DNA of 64,000 bases from Acidobacteriota bacterium. GTDB lineage: Bacteria > Acidobacteriota > Terriglobia > Terriglobales > SCQP01. Below are positions 31,307 to 40,015 of this stretch, piece after piece (position 1 is the stretch's first letter; every line of letters begins with the position of its first letter). The notes beneath the pieces are model-generated. The model saw nothing but the letters and a program-made list of their open reading frames with translations, was not told the DNA's origin and made no database searches. Location of the stretch: NCBI GenBank assembly GCA_027451805.1, contig DAIDIF010000023.1, forward strand, positions 268 through 64,267. Reading direction: 5' to 3'. A program made the translations under genes and the position numbers.

Positions 31307-34300
31307 GCCTTTGCCTCCGGGTCGCCGGCGCCGAGGTTGCGCACCTTGGTGAGGTAGACGATGCTGGGCTGGAAATTCAGCTCCTCCAACACCTTGTAGC
31401 CGCGCGCGGAGCGCTGCCGCATCATCACCGAATTCTTGTCATCCATATTGCCGAAGTAGATCGCCTGCGCCGGGCAGGTCTGCTGGCAGGCGGTGCGGAT
31501 GTCGCCGTCGCGCACCGGCAGGCCGCGCTCCTTGGCGCGATAGTGGGCGGCATGGATGCGCTGCACGCAGAAGGTGCACTTTTCCATGATGCCGCGCGAG
31601 CGGACGGTCACCAGCGGGTTGAGCGCCAACTCCAGCGGCGCCGCACGGACGGTGCTGTAGTTGTAGAAGTTGAAGCGGCGGACCTTGTAGATGCAGTTGT
31701 TGGAGCAGAAGCGGGTGCCGACACAGCGGTTGTAGACCTGCACGTTGAGGCCCTCGGCGTCGGTGACGGTGGCGATCACCGGGCAGACGCTCTCGCAGCC
31801 GGCGTTGGCGCACTGCTGGCAGAGCATGGGCAACTGGGTGACGTCGGGGTTGTCCTCGGGTCCGCTGAAGTAGCGGTCGATGCGGATCCAGGCCATTTCG
31901 CGGCCGCGCCAGACCTGATCCTTGCCTACCACCGGAACGTTGTTCTCGGCGTAGCAGGCTACTGCGCAGGCGTTGCAGCCGATGCAGGCGTTGAGATCGA
32001 TGGTCATGCCCCAGTGGTAGGTGGGGTAGGTGTGCTCGCTGGGGCCGCCGTTGTCCCACAAGCTGGCGGGCGGCTCCTGCGGCGGGTTTCCGGCGCTGGG
32101 GTTGGCCTGGATCTGGACCAGCGTGGTGTCGCGCACGATGGTCGCGGCGCGGCCCTGGCTCTGCTCGGGGGTGATGGTATCGCTGTTGAAGCTGGCGTAA
32201 TTGTTGCCCTGGGGCGAAGCGATAAGATAGCGCCCGCCCACCTTGCGTAGCGTCACCTTGCTGCCGGAGGGAACGATGCCCTGGCCCCCGGGGGCGAGTT
32301 GGGCGAGGCGGTAGGCGTTGGCGCCGACATCGGTGCCCACCTCGCCGACGGAGGCGCGGCCGTAGCCGACGTAAATGGCGGCTACGCCGGGGTGGACGCC
32401 GATCTGGACGTAGACCGGCGCGCGCAGGGTGGCGTTGCCCACCGTGGCTTCGGCCACGGCGTAGGTTTCGTCGCTATCGGGCTCCAGGCCGAGTTGCTTG
32501 GCGGTGCTGGGGGCGATGGTGAAGAAATTGTCCCAGCAACTCTTCCACACCGGGTCGGGGATTTCCAGCAGAAACGCATTGTTGCCCCACCAGCCGTCGC
32601 CCAGCATGGGGGGCACGGCGAGCGAGAGCTCGAGTTCGCCCGCAGCGGCGGGCGCGGACGCGGCGGACGGCAAGGCGGCCAGCGCAGCCGTCTTGAAGGC
32701 GCGCGCGGCGCCGGGCTGCCGCCGCTTGGGGTTGGGATCGAACACGCCCGCCTGGAGCGCGCCGGTCCAGAAGTCGTCGAAACTGGCGGCCGGGTTGTTC
32801 TTGGGGTAGATCTGCGTCTGCCAATGCTCCCGCAGATAGCCGTAGAAGGTGTAGGCGACCGCCGGCGGCTGCGGCGGGGTCGGGGGCGCGGCGGCCGCCG
32901 CTGCGGCCGCGGCGCCGGCCGCCGGAGCGGCCGATAACGCCGGCGTGGCCGCGGCCCCCGGCGCCGGCGGCAACACCGGCGGAGCCGGGGGCGGAGGCGC
33001 GGTGAATTTCGCCTTACCCGCGGGGGTGAGGTAGGCAAGCTGGATCAGGGCGTCCTCGAAACTGCGGCCGCCAAAGAGCGGCTCGATGGTGGGCTGCACC
33101 AGGCTGTACAGGCCGGCCTGCGGCTCGGCGTCGCCCCAGCTCTCCATCCCGTGCAGCGCCGGCAGCGCGAGGTTGCCGAGCTGCGCGGTTTCATCCAGCC
33201 GCTCCGCCAGCACCACCACGTGGGGAACCTTGGCCAGCGCGGGCAGGAAGCCGGCCGCCTCGGGCAGGCTGTAGGCCGGGTTGGTGCCGTAGACGAACAG
33301 CGTCTCCACCTTGCCCGCTTGCATGTCCTGAATCAGTTGCAGCATGGCAGCGTTGCTGCCCTGCGCCTGCAGGCTGGGACTGCCGGTACCGTCAATCGTC
33401 GCGCCTTCATTCTCCAGCGCCGAGTTCAGGAAGGCGACGGCGAGCTCGAGCATGACCTGGTCCTCGGTGGCGCCGGCCATGCCGCCACCGCAGACAATGC
33501 TCTTGCCGCGCTGCTGCCACAACTCGCCCGCGAGCCGGCCGAGGGCGCCGGCGGGCAATCCCGTCTGATGCTCGACCGCGGCCGGCTCGAAGGGCGCGAG
33601 CGCCTTGGCCACGGTGGCATCGCCGGCGAACCTCGACACCTTGTTCACCAGCACGAGCTGGTGGGCCAACGCCAGCGCCGCCGGCAGCAACTGCGACGGC
33701 GGCAGCAAATAGCGGGTGTCGGCGCTGAGGCCGACCAGACTCATCGCCGGCTCGAACGCCACCACCCGCGACATGGTGTTGCCGCGCAGTTTGCGCTGGT
33801 GGCCGAAGCCCCAGGAGTACTCCTGGCGCGAAATGCCGGAGCCGATGGGGTCGGCGCCGAAGGTCACGATCATCTCGGCGCGGTCGAAGAAGTAGCGCGG
33901 CGTCGCGCCGGGCCGCGCAGGCGCGCCGTAGGCGGCGGCCTGGCCGGCGACGACCGCATCCGGATTGATCGAGTCGTAGACGACGTGGCGCAGCGGGTAG
34001 ACGGAGAGGAAATCGGCCAGGAGCGCGGTGCGCGCGGGTCCGTGGATGGTGCCGGTGAGCAGCACGCCACGGCTGCCGGCGGCGCCCAGCCAGGCGCCGA
34101 CCTGCTTGTCGGCCGCGTCCCAGGTGATGGGGTTGAGCGCGCGCAGGATGGGATGCTGATTGTTGCGGAAGGGCGTACCCGTCTTCCAAACGTTGGTCGG
34201 AAAGTGCAGTCTGTACTTGGGCTGGGGCGCGTTGCCCACCAGCCCGGCCAAGCTGTGCACGCGATCGAGCGCCACCGGCTGGCGCAGGCGGTCGGGATCG

Positions 34301-34728
34301 TAGAGGTTCAGCAGCGCCGCCTGGCCGATGGGGCAGGCGGTGCCGTGATTCAGGGGATGCAGCGGATTGCCCTCGACCTTGGTCGGCCGGCCCTCGTGCG
34401 TGGTGAGTACGATGCCGCATCCGGCGGCGCACTCGCGGCAGGTGGAGGCGTAGTAGTTCGCGATGCCAGGCGTGATGTCGGGCGGCTGCTGGGCGTAGGG
34501 GATGATCTGCTGGACCGGCTTGCGCGAGCAGGCGGTGGCGGCCACCGCGAGCGCCGCGGTCGACCACTTCATGAAGTCACGGCGCCCGAAGCGGAGGCCC
34601 TCTTTGCCACTCTCCACCGCGTCGAAATGTTCCTGCGGCTTGGACTTGAACTCCTCCTGCCGCAGTTTCTCGACCGCCGGCGATCCCTGCAGTTCCGGCA
34701 GCGTCGTCCAGTAGCGTGGTTTGCTCAT
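31303..34728 (-). CDS. actB: Alternative Complex III subunit ActB (molybdopterin-oxidoreductase-like B1 fused to 4Fe-4S ferredoxin-like B2), 1141 aa
   Basis: Tat signal [20 protein letters not shown], a molybdopterin-like N-terminal part and C-terminal Cys clusters ([43 protein letters not shown]). Confidence 0.9.
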   Translation of the reverse strand: MSKPRYWTTLPELQGSPAVEKLRQEEFKSKPQEHFDAVESGKEGLRFGRRDFMKWSTAALAVAATACSRKPVQQIIPYAQQPPDITPGIANYYASTCRECAAGCGIVLTTHEGRPTKVEGNPLHPLNHGTACPIGQAALLNLYDPDRLRQPVALDRVHSLAGLVGNAPQPKYRLHFPTNVWKTGTPFRNNQHPILRALNPITWDAADKQVGAWLGAAGSRGVLLTGTIHGPARTALLADFLSVYPLRHVVYDSINPDAVVAGQAAAYGAPARPGATPRYFFDRAEMIVTFGADPIGSGISRQEYSWGFGHQRKLRGNTMSRVVAFEPAMSLVGLSADTRYLLPPSQLLPAALALAHQLVLVNKVSRFAGDATVAKALAPFEPAAVEHQTGLPAGALGRLAGELWQQRGKSIVCGGGMAGATEDQVMLELAVAFLNSALENEGATIDGTGSPSLQAQGSNAAMLQLIQDMQAGKVETLFVYGTNPAYSLPEAAGFLPALAKVPHVVVLAERLDETAQLGNLALPALHGMESWGDAEPQAGLYSLVQPTIEPLFGGRSFEDALIQLAYLTPAGKAKFTAPPPPAPPVLPPAPGAAATPALSAAPAAGAAAAAAAAAPPTPPQPPAVAYTFYGYLREHWQTQIYPKNNPAASFDDFWTGALQAGVFDPNPKRRQPGAARAFKTAALAALPSAASAPAAAGELELSLAVPPMLGDGWWGNNAFLLEIPDPVWKSCWDNFFTIAPSTAKQLGLEPDSDETYAVAEATVGNATLRAPVYVQIGVHPGVAAIYVGYGRASVGEVGTDVGANAYRLAQLAPGGQGIVPSGSKVTLRKVGGRYLIASPQGNNYASFNSDTITPEQSQGRAATIVRDTTLVQIQANPSAGNPPQEPPASLWDNGGPSEHTYPTYHWGMTIDLNACIGCNACAVACYAENNVPVVGKDQVWRGREMAWIRIDRYFSGPEDNPDVTQLPMLCQQCANAGCESVCPVIATVTDAEGLNVQVYNRCVGTRFCSNNCIYKVRRFNFYNYSTVRAAPLELALNPLVTVRSRGIMEKCTFCVQRIHAAHYRAKERGLPVRDGDIRTACQQTCPAQAIYFGNMDDKNSVMMRQRSARGYKVLEELNFQPSIVYLTKVRNLGAGDPEAKA

Positions 34729-34738
34729 AATCTGAAGC

Positions 34739-35311
34739 TCAGTTGTGGCACACGTCGCAGTCCTGGGGCGCGTTCGCCGGACGGTCGTGGAAGGTGGCCG
34801 GATCGCGGTGGTACTTGTCGTTGGGCCCGGGCAGGTAATTGTCGTTGCGGTGGCAGTTCAGGCACTCGGCCATCGTCCACTGCTTCACCTGGACGATCTG
34901 ATCCATGTCCTGCACCTGGCCGTGGCAGGTCTGGCAGGCGATACCGGCGGCGATGTGCCAGCGGTGCTGGAAGTAGACGAACTGCGGCAATTGATAAACG
35001 CGGATGAACTTGATGGGCTTGAGGGCGGCGTAGTCGGCGGCGATCTGCTTGATGGGCGCGGTGCCGCTCGCCACCACGGCATGGCATCCCATGCAGACGT
35101 TCAGCGGCGGAATCGGCGCGTAGGCGTCGCGGTCCACGCCGGCGTGGCAGTACTCGCACGGAATATGGTTAATGCCGGCGTGCAGCTTGTGGCTGAAGGG
35201 CACCGGCTGGGCGGGCGAATAGCCCACGTTCTCTCCCATGCCGAGCAGCTTCCAGGCTCCAAACCCCAGCAACGCCAGCACAATGAGCGTCAGCCGCCAA
35301 TGTTCTCTCAT
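34739..35311 (-). CDS. actA: Alternative Complex III subunit ActA (pentahaem cytochrome c)
   Basis: N-terminal TM helix and five CxxCH motifs (CEYCH, CMGCH, CQTCH, CLNCH, CDVCH). Confidence 0.9.
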   Translation of the reverse strand: MREHWRLTLIVLALLGFGAWKLLGMGENVGYSPAQPVPFSHKLHAGINHIPCEYCHAGVDRDAYAPIPPLNVCMGCHAVVASGTAPIKQIAADYAALKPIKFIRVYQLPQFVYFQHRWHIAAGIACQTCHGQVQDMDQIVQVKQWTMAECLNCHRNDNYLPGPNDKYHRDPATFHDRPANAPQDCDVCHN

Positions 35312-36129
35312 GTCGCGAACTCGCGGTTAAACCCTTCCCTGGGCGCGACCACGCGCCACTCGCGGGCGATCGCGCTGGCGCGCGTGTCGCCCCATCCGAC
35401 TGAACCATTCGAGGGCGGGAACCAGTCCGCGTCCGCAAAACGAGGAACCAGACAAGGATATAGAAGGAAAGAGGTGCCTACTGCGTGAACCGATAAATCC
35501 GAAGATGAAACCGGCGGCGCCGTTCCCCTGAGCTCCCCCCAATGGCTGTCAGCAATTTTCCAAGGATAGGGATTTTGACTGGCGAGGTCAAGCGCGATTT
35601 GATGCCGCCGGCAGGAACTCCGGCGCCAGAATATCGCGCGGCCGCGCGGTCTGTTTCTTGCCAGGCCCTCCGCCGCCGCTGGCCGGCGCCCCGGGCCGCT
35701 GCCTGCAGGCAAGAGGCGCCCGCGTCTGGGTTGCGACGCCATTTAATGACTGGCACGGGCCCCAGCGCGGCTGCCGGTCCCGGCTGTAACGGCGCCGGGA
35801 CACGTGCGCCGCGCGTCCCGCTTATGCCCACGCCGGCTTTGCCCGCAGGCAAACGGCGCCGCCCCGGCGATTGGCGTTGGTCCCGAGTCGCGCCAGCCTG
35901 ACCGGAGCGAGACCGCAGAGACAGGGGGGCTGCGAAGTGGGGAAGAGCGGCTCGCTGCCGGGGTCCAACCCTCTGGGGACATTTCCTGATTTGTGATGGT
36001 CGTACGGGCGGGGCGTGATCCACAACACGACAATTGCGGGTTTTTCCCCATGCCTTGTGGAATTTAACGCAATGTTCCTGGCGTTTATGAAGGCGAGGGC
36101 AATTGCAACTGCGTGATTTTCCAAGGGGT

Positions 36130-36145
36130 TCGTGATTGCCATCAC
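36130..36145. promoter_or_regulatory. CRP-type palindromic box CGTGA-N6-TCACA upstream of the cupredoxin gene
   Basis: CGTGATTGCCATCACA matches the TGTGA-N6-TCACA core at 9 of 10 positions. It lies 71-86 bp upstream of the ATG at 36216. A Crp/Fnr-family regulator is encoded in the same window (9532-10251). Confidence 0.35.
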
Positions 36146-36215
36146 AGTTGGCCAACCGCGTGCATTTCGAAGGATGAGTTCCGCAATTCATTTTCACCAT
36201 TCGACTGGAGGACCC

Positions 36216-36839
36216 ATGAAAAGCTCGTTCCTGTTCGCTGCAGTTCTGATGACCGGCATGGCCGCAGTAGCCCAAAGCGGCGCGATCAGCGGCCAAGTCT
36301 CGGGGATTCCCCGGGCAAAGGCGCTGCCGGGCGCCTTCCCGCCGCCGCCCACGCCGGCGGTTGTCTATGCCGTACCGCTGTCGGGCAAGGCGCTGACCCC
36401 CATCGCCGACAAGACCTATACGGTGGACCAGAAGTGGACCCAGTTCGTGCCGGGCGTGTCCGTGGTCCCGGTGGGCGCGACGGTCGAATTCACGAACGAC
36501 GACACAGTGAAGCACGACGTCATGTGGAAAGCGATCGGCAACGACACGGCGCTGGGCCGCAACTTGGGCGTCCACAATCCCGACCAGACGGTGTCGTATC
36601 GTTTCACGCGCGCCGGCGCGATCCATCTACAGTGCTTGGTGCACCCGAGCATGAGCGCTTGGCTCTATGTGGCGCCGACGGGATATTCCACCGTCACCAG
36701 CACGAGCGGCAAATACAGCCTATCGAACCTGCCCGACGGCCGCTATCGCGTGGTGGTTTGGCATCCCGGCGTGGCGACGCAGTCGCAAATCGTGTCGGTC
36801 ACCGGCCATGCCAAGCTGAATTTCAACCTGAAGAAGTAA
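36216..36839 (+). CDS. Periplasmic type-1 copper (cupredoxin) protein fused to a carboxypeptidase-regulatory-like domain
   Basis: Trimmed to MKSSFLFAAVLMTGMAAVAQS (ATG 36216, GGAGGA 6 nt upstream). Cupredoxin ligand pattern: TVEFTNDDTVKHDV .. HLQCLVHPSM (H, C-x2-H-x2-M). C-terminal ..GKYSLSNLPDGRYRVVVWHPG.. beta-sandwich. Confidence 0.7.
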   Translation: MKSSFLFAAVLMTGMAAVAQSGAISGQVSGIPRAKALPGAFPPPPTPAVVYAVPLSGKALTPIADKTYTVDQKWTQFVPGVSVVPVGATVEFTNDDTVKHDVMWKAIGNDTALGRNLGVHNPDQTVSYRFTRAGAIHLQCLVHPSMSAWLYVAPTGYSTVTSTSGKYSLSNLPDGRYRVVVWHPGVATQSQIVSVTGHAKLNFNLKK

Positions 36840-37111
36840 GCTCCACGTCTGGCGCGGTTGCGCCCGGCCGGGGATTGCATGTTTGGATACCCGGCCGGCG
36901 CGCCGGCAGCCGCAAGCGCCAGCGTATCGCTCCAGCATCAACTCGGCGGAATGGCACCGGGCGCAGATGCGCCACGTCGGAATGCTGCCCGGTCACCGCC
37001 TGCCTGGGTTAGTCATCGCATCGGCGGAGCGGCGGCCGCAGCTGGCAGCCGGTCGCACGCGGACCCGGGCGGGTATCGCCGCTCCCTGCCCACTCGCGCG
37101 AGAATTAAAAT

Positions 37112-38467
37112 ATGAATCGCAACAAGACTCTTCTTCTAGCCGCAGCCAGCGCATTGCTCGGCCTCCTGACAGGGGCGCCATCGCGGGCTTGGGCGGTCCC
37201 GAGTTTTGCCCGCCAGACCGGCTTGCCGTGCAGCCGCTGCCACATCACCTTCCCCGAGTTGACGGAGTTCGGCCGCGAATTCAAGCTCAACGGCTATACC
37301 TTGAGCGGTCCGGATACCAAGAAAATCTACACGCCGGGCAAGGGCAACGCCTCGGGCGTCTGGATCAACGCCAACTTGCCGATCTCGGTCATGTTCCAGA
37401 TCGCCGACACGCTGATGAACAAAACCGCGCCCGGGACGCAGTCCGGCAACGTGGAATTCCCGCAGCAGCTCAGCCTCTTCATGGCGGGCGAGATCGCGAC
37501 GCATCTCGGCACCTTCATGCAGGCCACCTACACCGCCGCCAGCGATCGTCTGTCGCTGGACAACACCGATATCCGGTACACCAATTTCGCCACCTGGGCG
37601 GGCAAGCAACTGGTCTACGGCGTGGACATGAACAACAACCCCACCGTCGAGGACCTCTGGAATGACACGCCTGCCTGGGGCTGGCCCTGGGCCTCGCCCG
37701 ATTCCACGCCCACCCCGATGGCCGCGCCGTTGGTGGACGGCGGCTTGGCCCAGGACGTGGGCGGCGTGGGGGCCTACGCCATGTGGAACCACCACTGGTA
37801 CGGCGACTTCGCGCTCTACCGCTCGATGCACCTGGGCGGTCCGCAGCCGCCGACCGGGGCGAATTACGGGATCAATATCGCCGGAGCGGCGCCGTACTGG
37901 CGCGGCGCCTACCAAACCAGCTGGGGCGGAGGGAAAAACTACCTCGAGGCCGGCACCTTCGGCATGTGGGTCAACAGCTTCCCCAACGCCGTGGCGGGCG
38001 CGGAAGACCACTATACCGACAACGCCGCCGACCTGCAGTATGACCGGCATTTCGGCGCCAATGAGCTGACCACGCACGTCTCCTTCATTGACGAGCGGTC
38101 GCAGCTCAACGCGGCCTACGCCGCCAACCTCGCCGCGCAAGCCGCCCACTCGCTGAAGACAGTGTCGGCGAACGGCATCTTTCACTTCGGCAACCGCTAC
38201 AGCCTGGGCGCCGGCCCGTTTGCCACCTGGGGCACCAGCGACCCGCTGCTCTATGCCGCCGCGCCGGTCAGCGGCAGCGCGAACGGCAGCCCCAACTCCA
38301 GCGGCTATCTGCTCCAGGCCGGATTCTGGCCGGCGCAAAATGTCGAGCTGTCGGCGGCCTACCAGGGCTATCTGAAGTTCAACGGCGCCGGCGCCAACTA
38401 CGACGGTGCGGGCCGCAGCGCCTCGCAGAACAACACCGTCTATCTGAACGTCTGGCTGATGTTCTAG
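37112..38467 (+). CDS. Cyc2-like fused monohaem cytochrome c / outer-membrane beta-barrel porin (451 aa)
   Basis: Signal peptide ..GAPSRAWA|VP. A single CxxCH sits near the mature N-terminus (VPSFARQTGLPCSRCH). The remaining ~400 aa are rich in Gly/Tyr/Trp/Asn/Ala with alternating-strand character and end ..VYLNVWLMF (C-terminal Phe, an OMP beta-signal). Confidence 0.6.
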   Translation: MNRNKTLLLAAASALLGLLTGAPSRAWAVPSFARQTGLPCSRCHITFPELTEFGREFKLNGYTLSGPDTKKIYTPGKGNASGVWINANLPISVMFQIADTLMNKTAPGTQSGNVEFPQQLSLFMAGEIATHLGTFMQATYTAASDRLSLDNTDIRYTNFATWAGKQLVYGVDMNNNPTVEDLWNDTPAWGWPWASPDSTPTPMAAPLVDGGLAQDVGGVGAYAMWNHHWYGDFALYRSMHLGGPQPPTGANYGINIAGAAPYWRGAYQTSWGGGKNYLEAGTFGMWVNSFPNAVAGAEDHYTDNAADLQYDRHFGANELTTHVSFIDERSQLNAAYAANLAAQAAHSLKTVSANGIFHFGNRYSLGAGPFATWGTSDPLLYAAAPVSGSANGSPNSSGYLLQAGFWPAQNVELSAAYQGYLKFNGAGANYDGAGRSASQNNTVYLNVWLMF

Positions 38468-38485
38468 CCGGCGCGCCGGGCGGCC

Positions 38486-38854
38486 TTACCAGCGCGGTTC
38501 GCGGGGCTGACGGACGTGGCCGCGGTAGTCGTCGCGGTTGCCGCCGCCACCGCCGCCGCGCGGGCCGCCGGCGCCCGGACCGCGGCCAAAGCCGCCGGCC
38601 GGACGCTCGGGACGCGGGCGGGCTTCGTTCACGTTGAGCGTGCGGCCGCCGAGACTGCTGCCGTTGACGCCGGAGATGGCGGACTCCGCCTCCTCATCGT
38701 TGGGCATTTCCACGAACGCGAAGCCGCGGGAGCGGCCGGTCTCGCGGTCCATCATGATGCTCACACGGGCGACCGAACCGTAATTCGCAAACACCGAGCG
38801 CAGCTCGTCTTCGCCGGTGCCAAATGCCAAGTTCCCCACGAAAATACTCTTCAA
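38486..38854 (-). CDS. RRM-type RNA-binding protein with Gly/Arg-rich tail
   Basis: TTG start with GGAGAA upstream. RNP motifs IFVGNL and RGFAFVEM. Confidence 0.9.
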   Translation of the reverse strand: MKSIFVGNLAFGTGEDELRSVFANYGSVARVSIMMDRETGRSRGFAFVEMPNDEEAESAISGVNGSSLGGRTLNVNEARPRPERPAGGFGRGPGAGGPRGGGGGGNRDDYRGHVRQPREPRW

Positions 38855-38953
38855 GCAGTTCTCCTGCGCCTGCAGCTATCCGGGCGCGACTTTAGCTTAC
38901 ACGAATCCGCGGGCGCGGGCGCAAGCGCCGCTTGCCCCCCCGGGGGGGCGGCC

Positions 38954-39967
38954 TCAATCGAGCTCGACCCGGCGCAGGACGATGCCGGCTTGCTCCAGCA
39001 GGCGGGCGGCGGTGTCGGCCAACGGATAGTGGGCATTGAACACGACTTCGCGGATGCCGGCGTTGAGAATCATCTTGGTGCACTGCAGGCAGGGCGAAAG
39101 TGTGGTGTAGAGGGTGGAGTCCTTGATGGCGATGCCGTGATAGGCGGCTTGGACGATGGCGTTCTCCTCGCCGTGGCTGCAGAGACATTCGTCGAGGCGG
39201 GTGCCGCTGGGGGCGAGCGAGCTGCAGCGCGGGCAGCCGCCCTGGTTACAGTTGACGGTGCCGCGCGGCGTGCCGTTGTAGCCAGTGGAGATGATGCGGC
39301 GGTCGCGCACGATGATGGCGGCGACTTTGCGCTTGATGCAGTTGCTGCGCAGGGCGACGATGCGCGCGATGTGGAGAAAATACTCGTCCCAGCCGGGGCG
39401 CGGATCGGACTGCGCCGCCTGCTGCAGCCAGCCCTGCACCACGGCGTCGACCCGCGCGCGCAACTGGGCGCGGTCGCCGTCGTTGGCCAGCACCGCATCC
39501 GCCAGCGCCGCGACGGCGGGCAGGTTCTGCGCCTCGGGATCGAACCCGGCGGTCTCCAGGCGCTCCAGATTGACGAACTGGTCGAAGCTGGCGGGGGCGC
39601 GGGCGTCGCCGCGCTCGCGCGCGCGCTGATAGCGCAGTTCGAGCGGCGCTTCCAGATGGAGCAGGTGGAAATCGGGCAGGGCGCGCAGGGCGCGGACTTC
39701 GTCGGGATGGCGAATGGAATCCACGACGTAGTTGCGCTCGGGCGTGATGCGGGCACGGGTGCGGACGGCGAGCGCGTCGCGGCCGAAGCTGCGGCGGAGT
39801 TCGTTGCCGCGGGCGATGAGATTCTCACGCGTGGGCGGTAGCCCGGCGCGCTCCAGCTCGGCGCGGATCTCGTCGGAGAGGGAAAGATAGGCAAACCCGG
39901 CGGCTTGCAGATATTCGGCGACGGTGGTCTTGCCCGAGCCGTTCGCGCCTGTCAGTCCGATGACCAT
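38954..39967 (-). CDS. Fusion protein: N-terminal P-loop nucleotide-kinase-like domain plus C-terminal dCMP/CMP deaminase zinc-binding domain (337 aa)
   Basis: I trimmed the 508-aa track ORF to the ATG at 39965-39967, giving MVIGLTGANGSGKTTVAEYL (Walker A). The C-terminal half has HGEENA ... SPCLQCTKMI (H-x-E and PC-x2-C deaminase zinc motifs) and YNGTPRG. Confidence 0.8.
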   Translation of the reverse strand: MVIGLTGANGSGKTTVAEYLQAAGFAYLSLSDEIRAELERAGLPPTRENLIARGNELRRSFGRDALAVRTRARITPERNYVVDSIRHPDEVRALRALPDFHLLHLEAPLELRYQRARERGDARAPASFDQFVNLERLETAGFDPEAQNLPAVAALADAVLANDGDRAQLRARVDAVVQGWLQQAAQSDPRPGWDEYFLHIARIVALRSNCIKRKVAAIIVRDRRIISTGYNGTPRGTVNCNQGGCPRCSSLAPSGTRLDECLCSHGEENAIVQAAYHGIAIKDSTLYTTLSPCLQCTKMILNAGIREVVFNAHYPLADTAARLLEQAGIVLRRVELD

Positions 39968-40015
39968 GGGATTGAGGATTGCCAGCGGCAGCCGGCTAGG
40001 GTAGTGTAACGCGAC

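Noticed and set aside
35554-36125. Exact 11-mer ATTTTCCAAGG present twice (35554-35564 and 36115-36125) in the long intergenic region
   Set aside because: A rough estimate (about 900^2/2 position pairs divided by 4^11) gives an expectation near 0.1. One such repeat is therefore only weakly unusual, and there is no third copy or palindromic structure. It is not reported as a regulatory element on its own.
35478-36626. 382-aa minus-strand ORF spanning the long intergenic region and part of the cupredoxin gene
   Set aside because: The sequence is Arg/Pro/Gly-rich and low-complexity-like with no motif. It overlaps a plus-strand gene that has a signal peptide, RBS and copper ligands. The AT-richer segments it crosses do not show coding-type GC3 bias.
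38932-38949. GC palindromes such as GCCCCCCCGGGGGGGC (38932-38949), CCGGCGCGCCGG (38468-38479) and CCCAGCCGCC..GGTGGCTGGG (63513-63542)
   Set aside because: Short GC-rich palindromes after stop codons are expected in a ~70% GC genome and probably act as ordinary transcript-end hairpins. They are not individually noteworthy and lack U-tracts, so they are not listed as confident terminators.
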